Numbered from the stretch's first letter, positions 1 to 10,840 are shown. The stretch: DNA of 64,000 bases from Candidatus Cloacimonadales bacterium (GCA_963665815.1 OY762463.1:2048001-2112000), one strand, 5' to 3'. Translations and numbers: made by a program. Notes: generated from the sequence alone by a model not told the origin.

Positions 1-1
1 A

Positions 2-2575
2 GTTAATGAAGGTAAAACAACTATTCAGAACTTTAAGTTTGAAGAACAGGCTTTAAAGGGTCAGACTATTAATGTAACAGGCAACAGAGCGATAAAAAGA
101 GAAACTCCAGTTGCATTCACAAATCTTAAGAGTGAAGAACTTAAAGAAAAATACACAACCGAAGATATGCCAATGCTTCTTGAAGGTGTTCCTGGAGTAT
201 TTTCTACATCATCAGGACTGGGAGAATCCGATTTAACTATCAGGGGATTCAGCAGTGAGCAGATTCAGATTCTTATTAACGGAATACCTGTTAACGATCC
301 TGAAAGTCAGGTAGTATACTGGTCAAACTGGACTGGTGTTTCATCTAATGTGAAATCTGTTCAGGTACAGCGTGGTGCCGGATCTTCACTTTACGGATCA
401 GGTGCTTTCGGTGGTTCCGTAAATATTGAAACAATGGGGACCGGAAACAAGAATGAAACCATTCTGAGAATATCCGGAGGAACCTACCTTTCCGATGAAA
501 CAGCAGATGGCAAAGGCGAAATGGAAGATTACCAGCCTGTTAACTACAATATATTACTCAGACAAAACATGTATCTTGCAAAACAGAAAGTTGGAATCAG
601 TGCTATGTTTGAAAGAAAAGGCGGAGATTCATACATAAACGGTACAAATTATGATGGTTATTCTTTTGGTATGGACGTTGACGTTGATACAAAGAAACAC
701 GATGTTAAGTTCAGTTTTATTGGTGCTCCTCAGAAACACAACCAGGCACGTAAAGTTCAGGATCTTGAACTGATGAAAACTTTGGGTCGCCAGTACAACA
801 GAAACAATTGTGATGAACAGGAAAACTACTATTTTAAACCTCAGTTTTCAGTCAGAGATGAATGGAATATCAATGAATTCACCAGTATGCTGACTAACGT
901 ATTCTTTACAACAGGACAGGGTGGTGGAAAATACCTCAGAAATGACAGATTTGATCCTGAAACAGGTGAAGTTCTCACCATGGAACTCACTGAAGACAGA
1001 ACCAAATTAGCAGTTGGAAGACATGCACGCTGGGTATATGAGCACACCGGGGGTGAGAATGGTGGTGTAATTCTTGATGGTTATGATCCAGAAAGTCATA
1101 CATTTAATGGTGAACTGATAAAAGGTGGAACAAACATGTCTACCGGTAACTATGTTCATTCATACACCAATGACAGTCATAACAATCATATTCAGATTGG
1201 TCTTAATACTTACCTGAAAAACAACTTCGATCTTATCTCAACTTTTGTTGGAGGAGAATTCAGACGCTGGGATGCAGAACACTATGCAGAAGTAAAAGAT
1301 CTCAGATATTATAATCCATTAGAAGAAAATAACCTTGGTATATACAGAAAAGGTCAGAGAAGATATGATTATGATACTGTAGTAAACAATCTTTCAGCTT
1401 TTGTAAGAGTAAAAACAAAACAAGAAATTTGTGAAAGATTTTACGATTATATCTCAGTTTATAATGATACTTATAGAATGCCGTTCTTTATTAGCGGTGA
1501 CATTCAATATGCTACTTATACATCAGAAGTTTCAGAAAATCCAATTCACATTTTTGACTATAATACCGGAGCATTTCTTGAAGAAACTTTCTATCAGACA
1601 AAAGATATGACTGAAGTTGATACGGATGGAAATATTGTTAAAAAGTTTGCTGATGATGATTACAAGAAAACATTCGATTTTATTTCTCCTAAGATAGGTA
1701 TAAACGTCAATTATACTGATGAATTCAATATAATGTACAGTTTTGCACTTGCTCACAAAGAACCAAGAGTCAGTGACTGGTATGACAGAGATGATGGACC
1801 TGACGCAGGACAGGAATACACAACACCTAATCTTGAAATTGTTTATGAAGACCTGAAACCTGAAGAAACTGTAACTCATGAACTGGGGATTGGCTACATA
1901 ACAAAAAAATACACTGCTGAAGTGAATCTGTACTATACAACATACAGTGATAAAATTGAGAACATGACTGATTCCAGAGGTAGTCTGACTGTTAATGCAG
2001 GTAAAGCTATTCACAAGGGTATTGAAGTTAGTACTTCTGCTATATTGTTCAAAAAAATTGATCTGCAGGGATCTTGTACTCTCTCCCAAAATAGATGGGA
2101 TGATATGCACTATGACAAAATATTTAATGTATCATCTGAAGAAATTAATGGCAAAGTTGTCCCATTCACTCCTGAAATCATGGGTAATATTTCAGCAGGA
2201 TATACACTCCCTATAAAGAAAGATAAGTCCAGTTTAAGAATGACTGCAACCTGGAATTTCAGAGACAGATATTTTGGTACTTACACAAATAAAAGAGACC
2301 AGATTGATCCTGTAACAGGAAATGCAACTGAAGTCAGTTCTGAGCTTCCATATTACATGACAACTGATCTGGCTTTCAAGTTTGATACAAAAATCAAAAC
2401 AAAGAAAGTGTCTTTCAGACTTGATCTCAATAATATCTTCAACAGAGATAATATTGCTTCAGCGGACTATACAACAGATTATGGTCGTGAAGATTATCTA
2501 AAAGAGATCAAAACAATGTATGTTGTTCCGGCACCGGAATTCAATGTATTCCTGACTACTGAGATAACATTCTAA
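2..2575 (+). CDS. TonB-dependent outer-membrane receptor (5' partial)
   Basis: Frame open from base 2; plug motifs (TIRGF..QIQILINGIPVND, VQVQRGAGSSLYGSGAFGGSVNI), LKPE motif, C-terminal Phe. Confidence 0.92.
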   Translation, partial: VNEGKTTIQNFKFEEQALKGQTINVTGNRAIKRETPVAFTNLKSEELKEKYTTEDMPMLLEGVPGVFSTSSGLGESDLTIRGFSSEQIQILINGIPVNDPESQVVYWSNWTGVSSNVKSVQVQRGAGSSLYGSGAFGGSVNIETMGTGNKNETILRISGGTYLSDETADGKGEMEDYQPVNYNILLRQNMYLAKQKVGISAMFERKGGDSYINGTNYDGYSFGMDVDVDTKKHDVKFSFIGAPQKHNQARKVQDLELMKTLGRQYNRNNCDEQENYYFKPQFSVRDEWNINEFTSMLTNVFFTTGQGGGKYLRNDRFDPETGEVLTMELTEDRTKLAVGRHARWVYEHTGGENGGVILDGYDPESHTFNGELIKGGTNMSTGNYVHSYTNDSHNNHIQIGLNTYLKNNFDLISTFVGGEFRRWDAEHYAEVKDLRYYNPLEENNLGIYRKGQRRYDYDTVVNNLSAFVRVKTKQEICERFYDYISVYNDTYRMPFFISGDIQYATYTSEVSENPIHIFDYNTGAFLEETFYQTKDMTEVDTDGNIVKKFADDDYKKTFDFISPKIGINVNYTDEFNIMYSFALAHKEPRVSDWYDRDDGPDAGQEYTTPNLEIVYEDLKPEETVTHELGIGYITKKYTAEVNLYYTTYSDKIENMTDSRGSLTVNAGKAIHKGIEVSTSAILFKKIDLQGSCTLSQNRWDDMHYDKIFNVSSEEINGKVVPFTPEIMGNISAGYTLPIKKDKSSLRMTATWNFRDRYFGTYTNKRDQIDPVTGNATEVSSELPYYMTTDLAFKFDTKIKTKKVSFRLDLNNIFNRDNIASADYTTDYGREDYLKEIKTMYVVPAPEFNVFLTTEITF

Positions 2576-2585
2576 GGAGCTGAAA

Positions 2586-4163
2586 ATGAAAAAAATATAC
2601 ATAATACTCATTATCGCATTAATAGCAATGATATCCTGTACGGATAAAGTTACTGATCCTATCGAATCAAAAAGTGAAATTCGCGGTACACTTCTCACCT
2701 GGAACACTGAAATTCCTGTTGCCGATGCTAAAGTTATTATTGAAAATGAAATCCTTGGTGTCAGAGACTCTTTAATTTCTGATGCTAACGGACAGTTTGC
2801 ATTCCCTGACCTGTTCCCAAAAACCTATACTCTTTCATTTGAAAAAGACGGTTTTCTCCCTACTGAAATAGATGTGATAGCTAAATCTGGAAAAGTTGTT
2901 GATCTGGATATTACTTATGTACAGTATACTGACGGAACTGAAATGAAAATTGATACAACTGAACTTGATTTTGCTTTTGATGAGAAAAGACACTCAATTA
3001 AAATGCAGACAGTCAGACCAGTTGCAATGATGTGGAATCTCAGTATTGAATATGCAAATGAAACTGGCTGGCTCGATGTAAGTACATCTAGCAGTATGCT
3101 GGAATACGGTGATACTCTTGATATTGAATTTGCAATTGACAGAGTTGGAATGGATGAAGGTGATTATGCTGCTGACCTGGTATTCAACTATTTCGATAAT
3201 AATGTTGCAAAAAATATTACTATCCCTCTTACAATGACAGTTGACCCTATGGGTGTTGCTTATGTTGATATGGAAGAAATTGATTTTGGATTCATCTCAG
3301 AAACAAAAATATTCGATATTGAAAACATAGGAGCCAGTCTCCTTGGTAACTGGACTATTACAACAAATGACAGCTGGATTACTATTGATACTCCAACCGG
3401 ATCAGGTGCAGGAGAAGCGTCTATCTCTGTTGATAGAGATAATCTTCCGGGAGAAACAAATGAGGGAATGATTACTATCTCGGCTGCAATTAATACAATA
3501 GACCTTCCTGTAAAAGTAATAAGAACTAACGCAGAATTTACACCAATCTATGATATTCAGTATGTTGAAGACGCTACTTTTGAATCTGAGTCTACATTAA
3601 AAGGTACTACAGTGCTGACAAAAGGTATTGTAACAGGTGTTGAAGAAGACGGATATTATATTTCCGAAGCAACTGAAACTCAAGAACCATGGAAAGGTGT
3701 TTATGTATATGATAACAGAAATCGACCTGTTGTTGGTGATGAAGTTGGTATACTCGGATATGTTGCAGAATATTATAATTATACAGAGATAAAATCACTT
3801 AAGGAATTTGCAGTATTATCTCAAGGTAATACTTTACCTGAACCGTTAGTGGTTGCAAATACAGATGATATCGCGAACAATGAATCTTACGAAGGCTGCC
3901 TTGTTCGTATTGAAAACGTTATGGTTACTTCTTTACCTGATGAGCATGGCCAGTGGTTTGTAACAAACGATTATGTAGATTCATTGACTTGTCAGATTGA
4001 GGATAACTTCATTAAAGCGATAGATGCAGGAATTGAGCTCGAAATAGGAATGGAATTTGAGTCTATTACCGGAGTTGTAAGCTATAGCTACGATGAATAT
4101 GAAATTAATCCGAGAACAGCAGAAGATTTAGTTCTGAAATCAGACGCAACTACAGAAGATTAA
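2586..4163 (+). CDS. Lipoprotein with carboxypeptidase-regulatory-like, BACON-like and C-terminal OB-fold domains
   Basis: Lipobox MISC after a hydrophobic stretch; GWLDVS and SWITI BACON-like motifs; TPIYDIQ..GIVT..GVYVY..VGDEV..AEYY..TEI OB-fold pattern. Confidence 0.7.
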   Translation: MKKIYIILIIALIAMISCTDKVTDPIESKSEIRGTLLTWNTEIPVADAKVIIENEILGVRDSLISDANGQFAFPDLFPKTYTLSFEKDGFLPTEIDVIAKSGKVVDLDITYVQYTDGTEMKIDTTELDFAFDEKRHSIKMQTVRPVAMMWNLSIEYANETGWLDVSTSSSMLEYGDTLDIEFAIDRVGMDEGDYAADLVFNYFDNNVAKNITIPLTMTVDPMGVAYVDMEEIDFGFISETKIFDIENIGASLLGNWTITTNDSWITIDTPTGSGAGEASISVDRDNLPGETNEGMITISAAINTIDLPVKVIRTNAEFTPIYDIQYVEDATFESESTLKGTTVLTKGIVTGVEEDGYYISEATETQEPWKGVYVYDNRNRPVVGDEVGILGYVAEYYNYTEIKSLKEFAVLSQGNTLPEPLVVANTDDIANNESYEGCLVRIENVMVTSLPDEHGQWFVTNDYVDSLTCQIEDNFIKAIDAGIELEIGMEFESITGVVSYSYDEYEINPRTAEDLVLKSDATTED

Positions 4164-5209
4164 TGATAAATAAACTTAACAGAAAAATAAAAAGTTCAAG
4201 GAAGTTCTTCAGTCTGCTCTTCAATAAAGAAGACGGAAGGAAGGGCTTCCCTTCCCTTGTTGGCTCAATGCTGCAATGGATACTGGTGGAAAAGATACCC
4301 TATCAGCTTTTTTACTTATACGGCCTGCACCTAAAAGGCAGTAACCGCAAGGACTTTATCTTGAATAAAGACTACAGAAGCACCGAAAGGAAATTCAGAC
4401 CTGTCTGTTACAACCTTATGGAAGATAAGTTCCGTTTTGCTATGTATCTCAAAGCAATGAATGTTCCTGCGGCAGTTACTTTTGCCACCTACGATAAAGG
4501 AATGTTTAACTATATTGATGTCCCTGAAAGCATCGATCTGAAGACATTCGTAAAAACAGACAGAGAATTCTATCTCAAAGGAATAACCGGCTGGAGCGGT
4601 GAGCAGGTGCATTTTGTTAAAACGGAAGCCGGAAAGCTTTACGTCGACGGCAGAAAATCCAGTCTTCATTACTTCAGTAAAAAAGTACCGGACAAAGCTA
4701 TTCTGCAATATCCCGTGGTTCAGGTTGAAGAGATGAGCAGATTCAATGCTGACTGTGTAAATACTTTGCGCATTGCTACCATACAGGGAGCAGATGGTCC
4801 GGAAGTATTTTCCGTATTTCTGAGAATGGGACGTTTAGGATCCTTTGTAGATAATGTCGGACAGGAAGGTATTTTTGTCGGTGTTGAAAAGGATACCGGA
4901 GTTTTGTATGATTATGGTTACTCTGAAAGAGAACCTCTGGCAAAATACTATGCACATCCTGACACAAAAACAGAGTTCAAGGGCTTCACAATTCCACAAT
5001 ATCAGCAGGCACTTGATCTGGCTTTGGATGCTCACAAAAGATGCTTTTTTGATTTTTTCTCAATAGGCTGGGATATTGCATTAACCCCGGAAGGACCTGT
5101 TGTGATAGAAGCGAATTATCCTTGGTACTGGCACATCAATCAGGTTACCGATGGTCCTTTAAAAGAAAAATATCTGCAGTACTCAAAACAATTCTCCAGA
5201 AAAAAATAG
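4163..5209 (+). CDS. Sugar-transfer-associated ATP-grasp family protein
   Basis: EDKF, VNTLRI, LRMG..VDN, HPDT..F.GF.IP and IGWDIALTPEGPVVIEAN motifs. Confidence 0.85.
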   Translation: MINKLNRKIKSSRKFFSLLFNKEDGRKGFPSLVGSMLQWILVEKIPYQLFYLYGLHLKGSNRKDFILNKDYRSTERKFRPVCYNLMEDKFRFAMYLKAMNVPAAVTFATYDKGMFNYIDVPESIDLKTFVKTDREFYLKGITGWSGEQVHFVKTEAGKLYVDGRKSSLHYFSKKVPDKAILQYPVVQVEEMSRFNADCVNTLRIATIQGADGPEVFSVFLRMGRLGSFVDNVGQEGIFVGVEKDTGVLYDYGYSEREPLAKYYAHPDTKTEFKGFTIPQYQQALDLALDAHKRCFFDFFSIGWDIALTPEGPVVIEANYPWYWHINQVTDGPLKEKYLQYSKQFSRKK

Positions 5210-5340
5210 AAAAATTTCTGATAAAAAACTTGCTTCTTTCGATCTAAACCATTCTTCTTTGTACCCTTATAAAGGCTATACTAAAAATGAGTATAAGTCA
5301 TTTATTTAAAATAATTAATAAACTCAAGAAGAGGTATGGA

Positions 5341-6900
5341 ATGAGTTCTATAAACGAAAAAATTGCTGCTTTGAAACAAAAGGAAGACAAAGTAAAAGAA
5401 ATGGGCGGAGCAGCCAGAATCGAAAAACAGCATGCGAAAGGTAAGCTGTCTGCAAGAGAAAGAGTCGATCTTTTATTCGACCCGGGAACATTCAGAGAAA
5501 TCGATCAGTTTGTGAAACACAGATCAACCAATTTCAATATGCCAGATGTAGAAATACCATCAGATGGTGTTGTGACAGGTCACGGTCTTGTTAACGGCAG
5601 ACCTGTATTTGTTTTCTCTCAGGATTTCACAGCACGCGGTGGTTCACTCGGAGAAAAACACGCAGCTAAGATCGTTAAAGTTATGGATATGGCAATGAAA
5701 GCCGGTGTCCCTATCGTTGGAATTAACGATTCAGGTGGTGCTCGTGTGGAAGAAGGTATCGATTCACTTAAAGGATACGGTGACATCTTCTTCAGAAACT
5801 CAAGAGCTTCAGGTGTTATTCCTCAGATTTCCGCAATCATGGGCCCATGTGCCGGTGGAGCAGTTTACTCACCTGCAATGACAGACTTTATATTCATGGT
5901 TAAAAACAGCAGTTACATGTTTATTACCGGACCAAGCGTTATCAAAACTGTAACAGGAGAAGAAACTTCTTTCGAAGAACTCGGTGGAGCAATGATTAAC
6001 AATGCTATGAGCGGTAATGCACACTTTGCCTGCGAAAGCGATCATGATGCTATCAATCAGATCAGAACACTTCTCAGCTACCTGCCAAACAACAATCTGG
6101 AAGATCCTCCTCATGTTGAAACAGGTGATGACCCTCACAGACTCTGTCCTGAACTTGATACTATCGTTCCTGACAATCCACGCGCACCTTACGATATGAA
6201 AGCAGTTGTCAGAACTATTATGGATAATGGTGAATTCTTTGAGCCTCACGAATTCTTTGCAGAAAATGCTATTATCGGATTCGGTCGTCTTAACGGAAGA
6301 GCAGTCGGTATTATCGGAAATCAACCAATGATTCTGGCAGGTTGTCTTGATATCAACGCTTCTGACAAGATTGCACGATTCATCAGATTCTGTGATGCGT
6401 TCAACATCCCTCTTATCACATTCGTTGATACTCCGGGATACTTACCTGGAATCAATCAGGAACACAACGGTGTTATCCGTCACGGAGCTAAAATACTCTG
6501 GAGTTATGCCGAAGCTACAGTTCCTAAAATGACTGTAGTAACCAGAAAAGACTACGGTGGAGCTTATATTGCAATGAGTTCTCAGCATCTTGGTGCAGAC
6601 ATGATTTTTGCATGGCCTTCTGCTGAGATTGCTGTGATGGGAGCTCAGGGAGCTGTTAATATTATTTCCAGCTACAGAAAAGCAATCAAAGACGCTGATG
6701 ATAAACAGGCAATGACACAGGAAAAAATCGCTGAATACGAAGATGCTTTCAGTAATCCTTATGTTGCTGCTGAAAGAGGCTACATCGAAGCTATAATCCA
6801 ACCGTCAGAAACAAGAATGAGACTTGTTGATGCTCTGGAAGTAATGTGTTCAAAGAGCGAAACACTTCCTCCTAAAAAACACGGAAACATCCCTGTATAA
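5341..6900 (+). CDS. Acyl-CoA carboxyltransferase (methylmalonyl/propionyl-CoA; 12S/PccB-like)
   Basis: GKLSARER, DSGGAR, GPCAGGAVYSPAMTD, FVDTPG, KKHGNIP; start moved to the ATG after GAGG. Confidence 0.95.
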   Translation: MSSINEKIAALKQKEDKVKEMGGAARIEKQHAKGKLSARERVDLLFDPGTFREIDQFVKHRSTNFNMPDVEIPSDGVVTGHGLVNGRPVFVFSQDFTARGGSLGEKHAAKIVKVMDMAMKAGVPIVGINDSGGARVEEGIDSLKGYGDIFFRNSRASGVIPQISAIMGPCAGGAVYSPAMTDFIFMVKNSSYMFITGPSVIKTVTGEETSFEELGGAMINNAMSGNAHFACESDHDAINQIRTLLSYLPNNNLEDPPHVETGDDPHRLCPELDTIVPDNPRAPYDMKAVVRTIMDNGEFFEPHEFFAENAIIGFGRLNGRAVGIIGNQPMILAGCLDINASDKIARFIRFCDAFNIPLITFVDTPGYLPGINQEHNGVIRHGAKILWSYAEATVPKMTVVTRKDYGGAYIAMSSQHLGADMIFAWPSAEIAVMGAQGAVNIISSYRKAIKDADDKQAMTQEKIAEYEDAFSNPYVAAERGYIEAIIQPSETRMRLVDALEVMCSKSETLPPKKHGNIPV

Positions 6901-6910
6901 GGCGGCAAAA

Positions 6911-7093
6911 ATGAATTCTAAGCAAAAAGCCGCAGTCGGAGCTGTTATGTGTCTATTAAGACAGGAAGAAGAACTGAAATCTGCAGTATCATATCAGAAG
7001 CCTGCAATATACCCGTCACCATGGGCATTACAGAGCAGACAGACAATCATGCAGAACAGATCGCTCGTACAAAGAAGATTAATAAAAAGATAA
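6911..7093 (+). CDS. Small acyl-CoA carboxylase epsilon-like subunit
   Basis: 60 aa between two carboxylase genes; AAVGAV helix and SPW...R motif. Confidence 0.6.
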   Translation: MNSKQKAAVGAVMCLLRQEEELKSAVSYQKPAIYPSPWALQSRQTIMQNRSLVQRRLIKR

Positions 7094-7141
7094 CATATAT
7101 TAGAGACCTTATATAAGCTCTCATATAATTTTGGAGGAACA

Positions 7142-9115
7142 ATGAAGTTTGATCAACACGGTATTGTTGAAATGACTGAGATGAACTACGAAAAAGGTCG
7201 TCCGGCAGCAGCTGATCCTGTGAAAATTCAGGATGTCTCTTTAAGAGACGGACACCAGTCGATTTTTGCTACAAGAGGTAGAACTGAAGACCTTATTACA
7301 ATAGCAGAAGATATGGATAAAGTTGGATTCTGGGCTATGGAAGTCTGGGGTGGAGCAACCTTCGACACAATGCACAGATACCTCAACGAAGATCCATGGG
7401 AAAGAATTCGTGAACTGAAAAAGCATATAAGAAATACACCATTCTCCATGCTCCTGCGTGGTCAGAATCTTGTCGGATACAGAAACTACGCCGATGATGT
7501 TGTGGAAGCATTTGTACAGAGAGCATGTGATAACGGAATCGATATCTTCAGAGTATTCGATGCACTGAACGATTTCAGAAACTTCCAGACTGCTGTAAAA
7601 GTAATCAAGAAAAACGGAAAACACTTCCAGGGAACAGTTTGTTATTCTCTGACCGAACCAAGAATGGGCGGTGACGTATATAATCTGGATTATTATGTAG
7701 ATAAAGCCAAAGAACTGGTAGAAATTGGTGCAGACTCAATCTGTATTAAGGATATGGCAGGACTTATATCTCCTTATGATGCATATAACCTTGTAAAAGC
7801 GTTAAAAGCTAACGTAGAAGTGCCGATTCATCTTCATACTCACTTTACTTCAGGTATGGGTGATCTCGCTATATTCAAGGCAATTGAAGCCGGTGTAGAT
7901 ATTGTAGATACATGTATGGCTCCACTTGCTTACAGAACTTCTCATACTGCAGTTGAGCCTATCGTTGCATCTTTCCTCGGAACAAACAGAGATTCAGGAC
8001 TGGATATCAATTTCCTTGCTGAAATATCCAAGAAAATAGAAAAATTCATCCCTAAATACATGCACTATCTTGATAACACAAAACTTTCGGTTATCGATAT
8101 CAATGTTATTCTGCACCAGACACCGGGTGGAATGCTTTCTAATCTGGTTAATCAGCTTAAACAGATGGACTCACTTGATAAGCTCGAAGAAGTGTTTGAA
8201 ACTCTGCCGGCTGTAAGAAAAGATCTTGGTCAAATTCCTCTTGTGACACCTACAAGTCAGATTGTGGGAATTCAGACAGTTAACAATGTGCTGTTTGACG
8301 GTGAAGGTGAAAACTACACCAGAATTACAGAGCAGGTTAAAGACCTTTGTTATGGACTCTATGGTAAAACAACCAGACCAATGAATCCGGAAGTACAGGC
8401 AAAAGCTCTCGAAGGTTACCCACGTGGAAACGAACCTATCACATGTCGTCCGGGAGATGTAATTGAGCCTGAACTTGAAAAGATCAAAGCAGATATCGGA
8501 GATCTGGCGAAAGATTTAGACGATGTTCTGATCTGTGCTCTGTATCCTGTAACAGGTAAGAGATTCCTCTCCTGGAAATACGGTAAAACAGAACCACCAA
8601 AAGATGTAATGCCGAAAACAATGGAAGAAGTTGAGCTGGAAAAAGCACTTATAGAGAAAGCTCTCAACGGACAGCTTGTTGAGAAAAAAGAGACACTTGA
8701 AAAACCTGATAATCTCAGAACATTCAACGTGTTTATTGATGACGAGCACTTTACAGTTGAAGTTGGGGAAGACGGCGTTCCTGCTGTTGCCGGAGCTCCT
8801 GCTGCAGTTTCTTCTCCCAGAGTACCACAGGTTAAGCCTAAGGCAGCTGCTCCTAAACCAGCTAAGAAAAGGGAAATTATTCCACCAAAGCTTGATGATG
8901 GACAACATGCAATAGTTGCTCCTATTCCCGGAATGATTATTGAATATAAAGTGAGTGTCGGTGACACTGTAAAACCCGGAGACACAATCCTTGTCCTGGA
9001 AGCTATGAAAATGTATAACAACATTGAAGCTCACACGGAAGGTGTAGTAAAGGAAATACCTTTCGGTGCTGGAGATCAGGTACCAAAGGATGCAGTTCTC
9101 TGCGTAATAGAGTAA
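7142..9115 (+). CDS. Pyruvate/oxaloacetate carboxyltransferase fused to a biotin carrier (PycB/OadA/5S+1.3S-like)
   Basis: LRDGHQS, WGGATFD, MLLRGQN, IKDMAG, HLHTH, LVTPTSQIVG, Ala/Pro linker, EAMKM biotin site. Confidence 0.93.
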   Translation: MKFDQHGIVEMTEMNYEKGRPAAADPVKIQDVSLRDGHQSIFATRGRTEDLITIAEDMDKVGFWAMEVWGGATFDTMHRYLNEDPWERIRELKKHIRNTPFSMLLRGQNLVGYRNYADDVVEAFVQRACDNGIDIFRVFDALNDFRNFQTAVKVIKKNGKHFQGTVCYSLTEPRMGGDVYNLDYYVDKAKELVEIGADSICIKDMAGLISPYDAYNLVKALKANVEVPIHLHTHFTSGMGDLAIFKAIEAGVDIVDTCMAPLAYRTSHTAVEPIVASFLGTNRDSGLDINFLAEISKKIEKFIPKYMHYLDNTKLSVIDINVILHQTPGGMLSNLVNQLKQMDSLDKLEEVFETLPAVRKDLGQIPLVTPTSQIVGIQTVNNVLFDGEGENYTRITEQVKDLCYGLYGKTTRPMNPEVQAKALEGYPRGNEPITCRPGDVIEPELEKIKADIGDLAKDLDDVLICALYPVTGKRFLSWKYGKTEPPKDVMPKTMEEVELEKALIEKALNGQLVEKKETLEKPDNLRTFNVFIDDEHFTVEVGEDGVPAVAGAPAAVSSPRVPQVKPKAAAPKPAKKREIIPPKLDDGQHAIVAPIPGMIIEYKVSVGDTVKPGDTILVLEAMKMYNNIEAHTEGVVKEIPFGAGDQVPKDAVLCVIE

Positions 9116-9161
9116 CAGAAACTTGACAAAAATCTTTTGTCTGGAAAAAGTGAAATAACTC

Positions 9162-9238
9162 GGGTGATTAGCTCAGTTGGTTAGAGTGCTTCGTTGACAT
9201 CGAAGAGGTCACTAGTTCGAATCTAGTATCACCCACCA
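9162..9238 (+). tRNA. tRNA-Val(GAC)
   Basis: GGGTGAT/ATCACCC acceptor stem, CTTCG-TTGACAT-CGAAG anticodon arm, ACTAG-TTCGAAT-CTAGT T arm, encoded CCA. Confidence 0.97.
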
Positions 9239-9271
9239 TTAGATCATAAAATATCGAATAAAATATCTTAT

Positions 9272-9309
9272 AACAGCAGGTTAGGCAATAAAGTCCAGCC
9301 TGCTGTTTT
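9272..9309 (+). terminator. Hairpin/terminator after the tRNA
   Basis: AACAGCAGG...CCTGCTGTTTT inverted repeat. Confidence 0.55.
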
Positions 9310-9346
9310 CTATTGATTATGATTGTTTTTGACACTTTTTGATTCA

Positions 9347-9379
9347 ATTGGTACCCAGATTGGTACCCACATGGGTACC
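9347..9379. repeat. ATTGGTACCCA x2 plus inverted TGGGTACC; candidate integrase arm-type sites
   Basis: Direct and inverted repeats between the tRNA and the integrase. Confidence 0.55.
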
Positions 9380-9415
9380 TTTTTAATTTGACAACTTTGG
9401 AAAAATATTTACTTT

Positions 9416-10504
9416 TTGAGTATGGAAAGATTAAAGAAATGTATAAATAACTCGGGGTACAAAATTAAAATCAGGCTAAGAAAGCTGAGGACCACAATCA
9501 GTATATTGCTTGAATATAGATATACAAATTCAGAGGGAATTAGAAAAGTAACAAAACTTACATTGGATTCTCATCTCACCGGGGAAAAGAAAAACTTTAC
9601 TAAAGAAAGAGAGTTGCTTAAATCTGCTCATTATATACGAGACAAGTATGAATCACAATTACTTAATAAAGGTGCACAGATATTTGATGACAGGCTTAAC
9701 CACTCTTTGCACTCTTGGATTGAGAAAGAGTTGAAACACTATAAAAAGTCATCTCAAAAACCATGGATCAACCTTCTTGTACATCTGAAAAAATTCAAAC
9801 CTGACCTTGATCTAAATGAGATCTCTATAGAATTTTGTGAAAACTTTAAAGACTATTTGCTGCATAGTACTAATCTTGCTCATAACTCAGCACAAACCTA
9901 TTTTACACGGTTTCGAAGTTCATTAAAGAAAGCTTACGATAGAAAGCTTATCCCAGTCAATGTTTGTCAAAGCATTAAGATATCTGCAAAACCATCTGAA
10001 AAGGTGTTTTTAACTCTTGAGGAACTAAGAATAATAGAAAGCATTGATCACTCTAACAAAGATGTAAAAAATGCTTTCCTCTTCTCCTGTTATTCAGGAT
10101 TAAGATTCTCAGACACAGAGAAACTCAGATTCTCAGATATTGAAAACAATCATATCTCAATAAAAATGCAGAAAACAAATGAATTTCTCAGAATGAAGCT
10201 CCATCCTAAGGCTATGCAGATAATAGAACTTCAAAAAAGAAACCATCAGGAACTTTGCTTCAAACTTGGTGATTATCAAGTATTCTGGAATAAGTTCCAA
10301 AGATTTATCAAGAAGTCAGGGCTCAATAAGAAGATTACTTTTCACACTGCCCGTCACACATTCGCTACACAATGTATATCTTTTGGTGTAGATATCTATA
10401 CTGTATCAAAACTTCTTGGACATAAATCTGTTTCAACAACACAAGTTTATGCAAAGTTGATTGACAGAAAAAAAGATGCTGCAATAGATTCATTGAGATT
10501 TTAG
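9416..10504 (+). CDS. Tyrosine recombinase/integrase
   Basis: SGLRFSD, HTARHTFAT and LLGH..TTQVY catalytic motifs. Confidence 0.95.
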   Translation: MSMERLKKCINNSGYKIKIRLRKLRTTISILLEYRYTNSEGIRKVTKLTLDSHLTGEKKNFTKERELLKSAHYIRDKYESQLLNKGAQIFDDRLNHSLHSWIEKELKHYKKSSQKPWINLLVHLKKFKPDLDLNEISIEFCENFKDYLLHSTNLAHNSAQTYFTRFRSSLKKAYDRKLIPVNVCQSIKISAKPSEKVFLTLEELRIIESIDHSNKDVKNAFLFSCYSGLRFSDTEKLRFSDIENNHISIKMQKTNEFLRMKLHPKAMQIIELQKRNHQELCFKLGDYQVFWNKFQRFIKKSGLNKKITFHTARHTFATQCISFGVDIYTVSKLLGHKSVSTTQVYAKLIDRKKDAAIDSLRF

Positions 10505-10513
10505 ATTCTGTTG

Positions 10514-10840
10514 TTAAACTTTTTTTTCTATATCCCTTCTTGATGGAATTCCCCTCATAAAATTTTTTAAGTCTTTTCTTCTATAAAGAATTGTCCCACC
10601 ATTTTTAGTATAGGGTATTGAATTTTGGTAGTTATAACTATACATGGTGCTTTTCTTCTTATTAAGAAATTTTGCAGCCTCAGTAATTGTCAGTAGATCT
10701 TCATCTGACTCTTCTTTGGTTTTGTCTGCCTTGGTTAGAAACGTCCTCAGGTCGTTCATTATTGGAGTTACAACTTCACTAAACGCTTCTTTTACAATGA
10801 TTCTCAAACTGTCCTCTATATTCATTTTGCCCTCAGTCAA
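10514..10840 (-). CDS. Excisionase-like HTH DNA-binding protein
   Basis: LLTITEAAKFL..KSTMY....IPY.K.G..ILYRR.DL; convergent with the integrase. Confidence 0.85.
   Translation of the reverse strand: MTEGKMNIEDSLRIIVKEAFSEVVTPIMNDLRTFLTKADKTKEESDEDLLTITEAAKFLNKKKSTMYSYNYQNSIPYTKNGGTILYRRKDLKNFMRGIPSRRDIEKKV

Noticed and set aside
4234-4258. GGAAGG..CCTTCC hairpin as a terminator
   Set aside because: Inside an ORF, weak T tract.
841-9034. Short overlapping or antisense ORFs in backbone genes
   Set aside because: Fully overlap well-supported genes and show no motifs.
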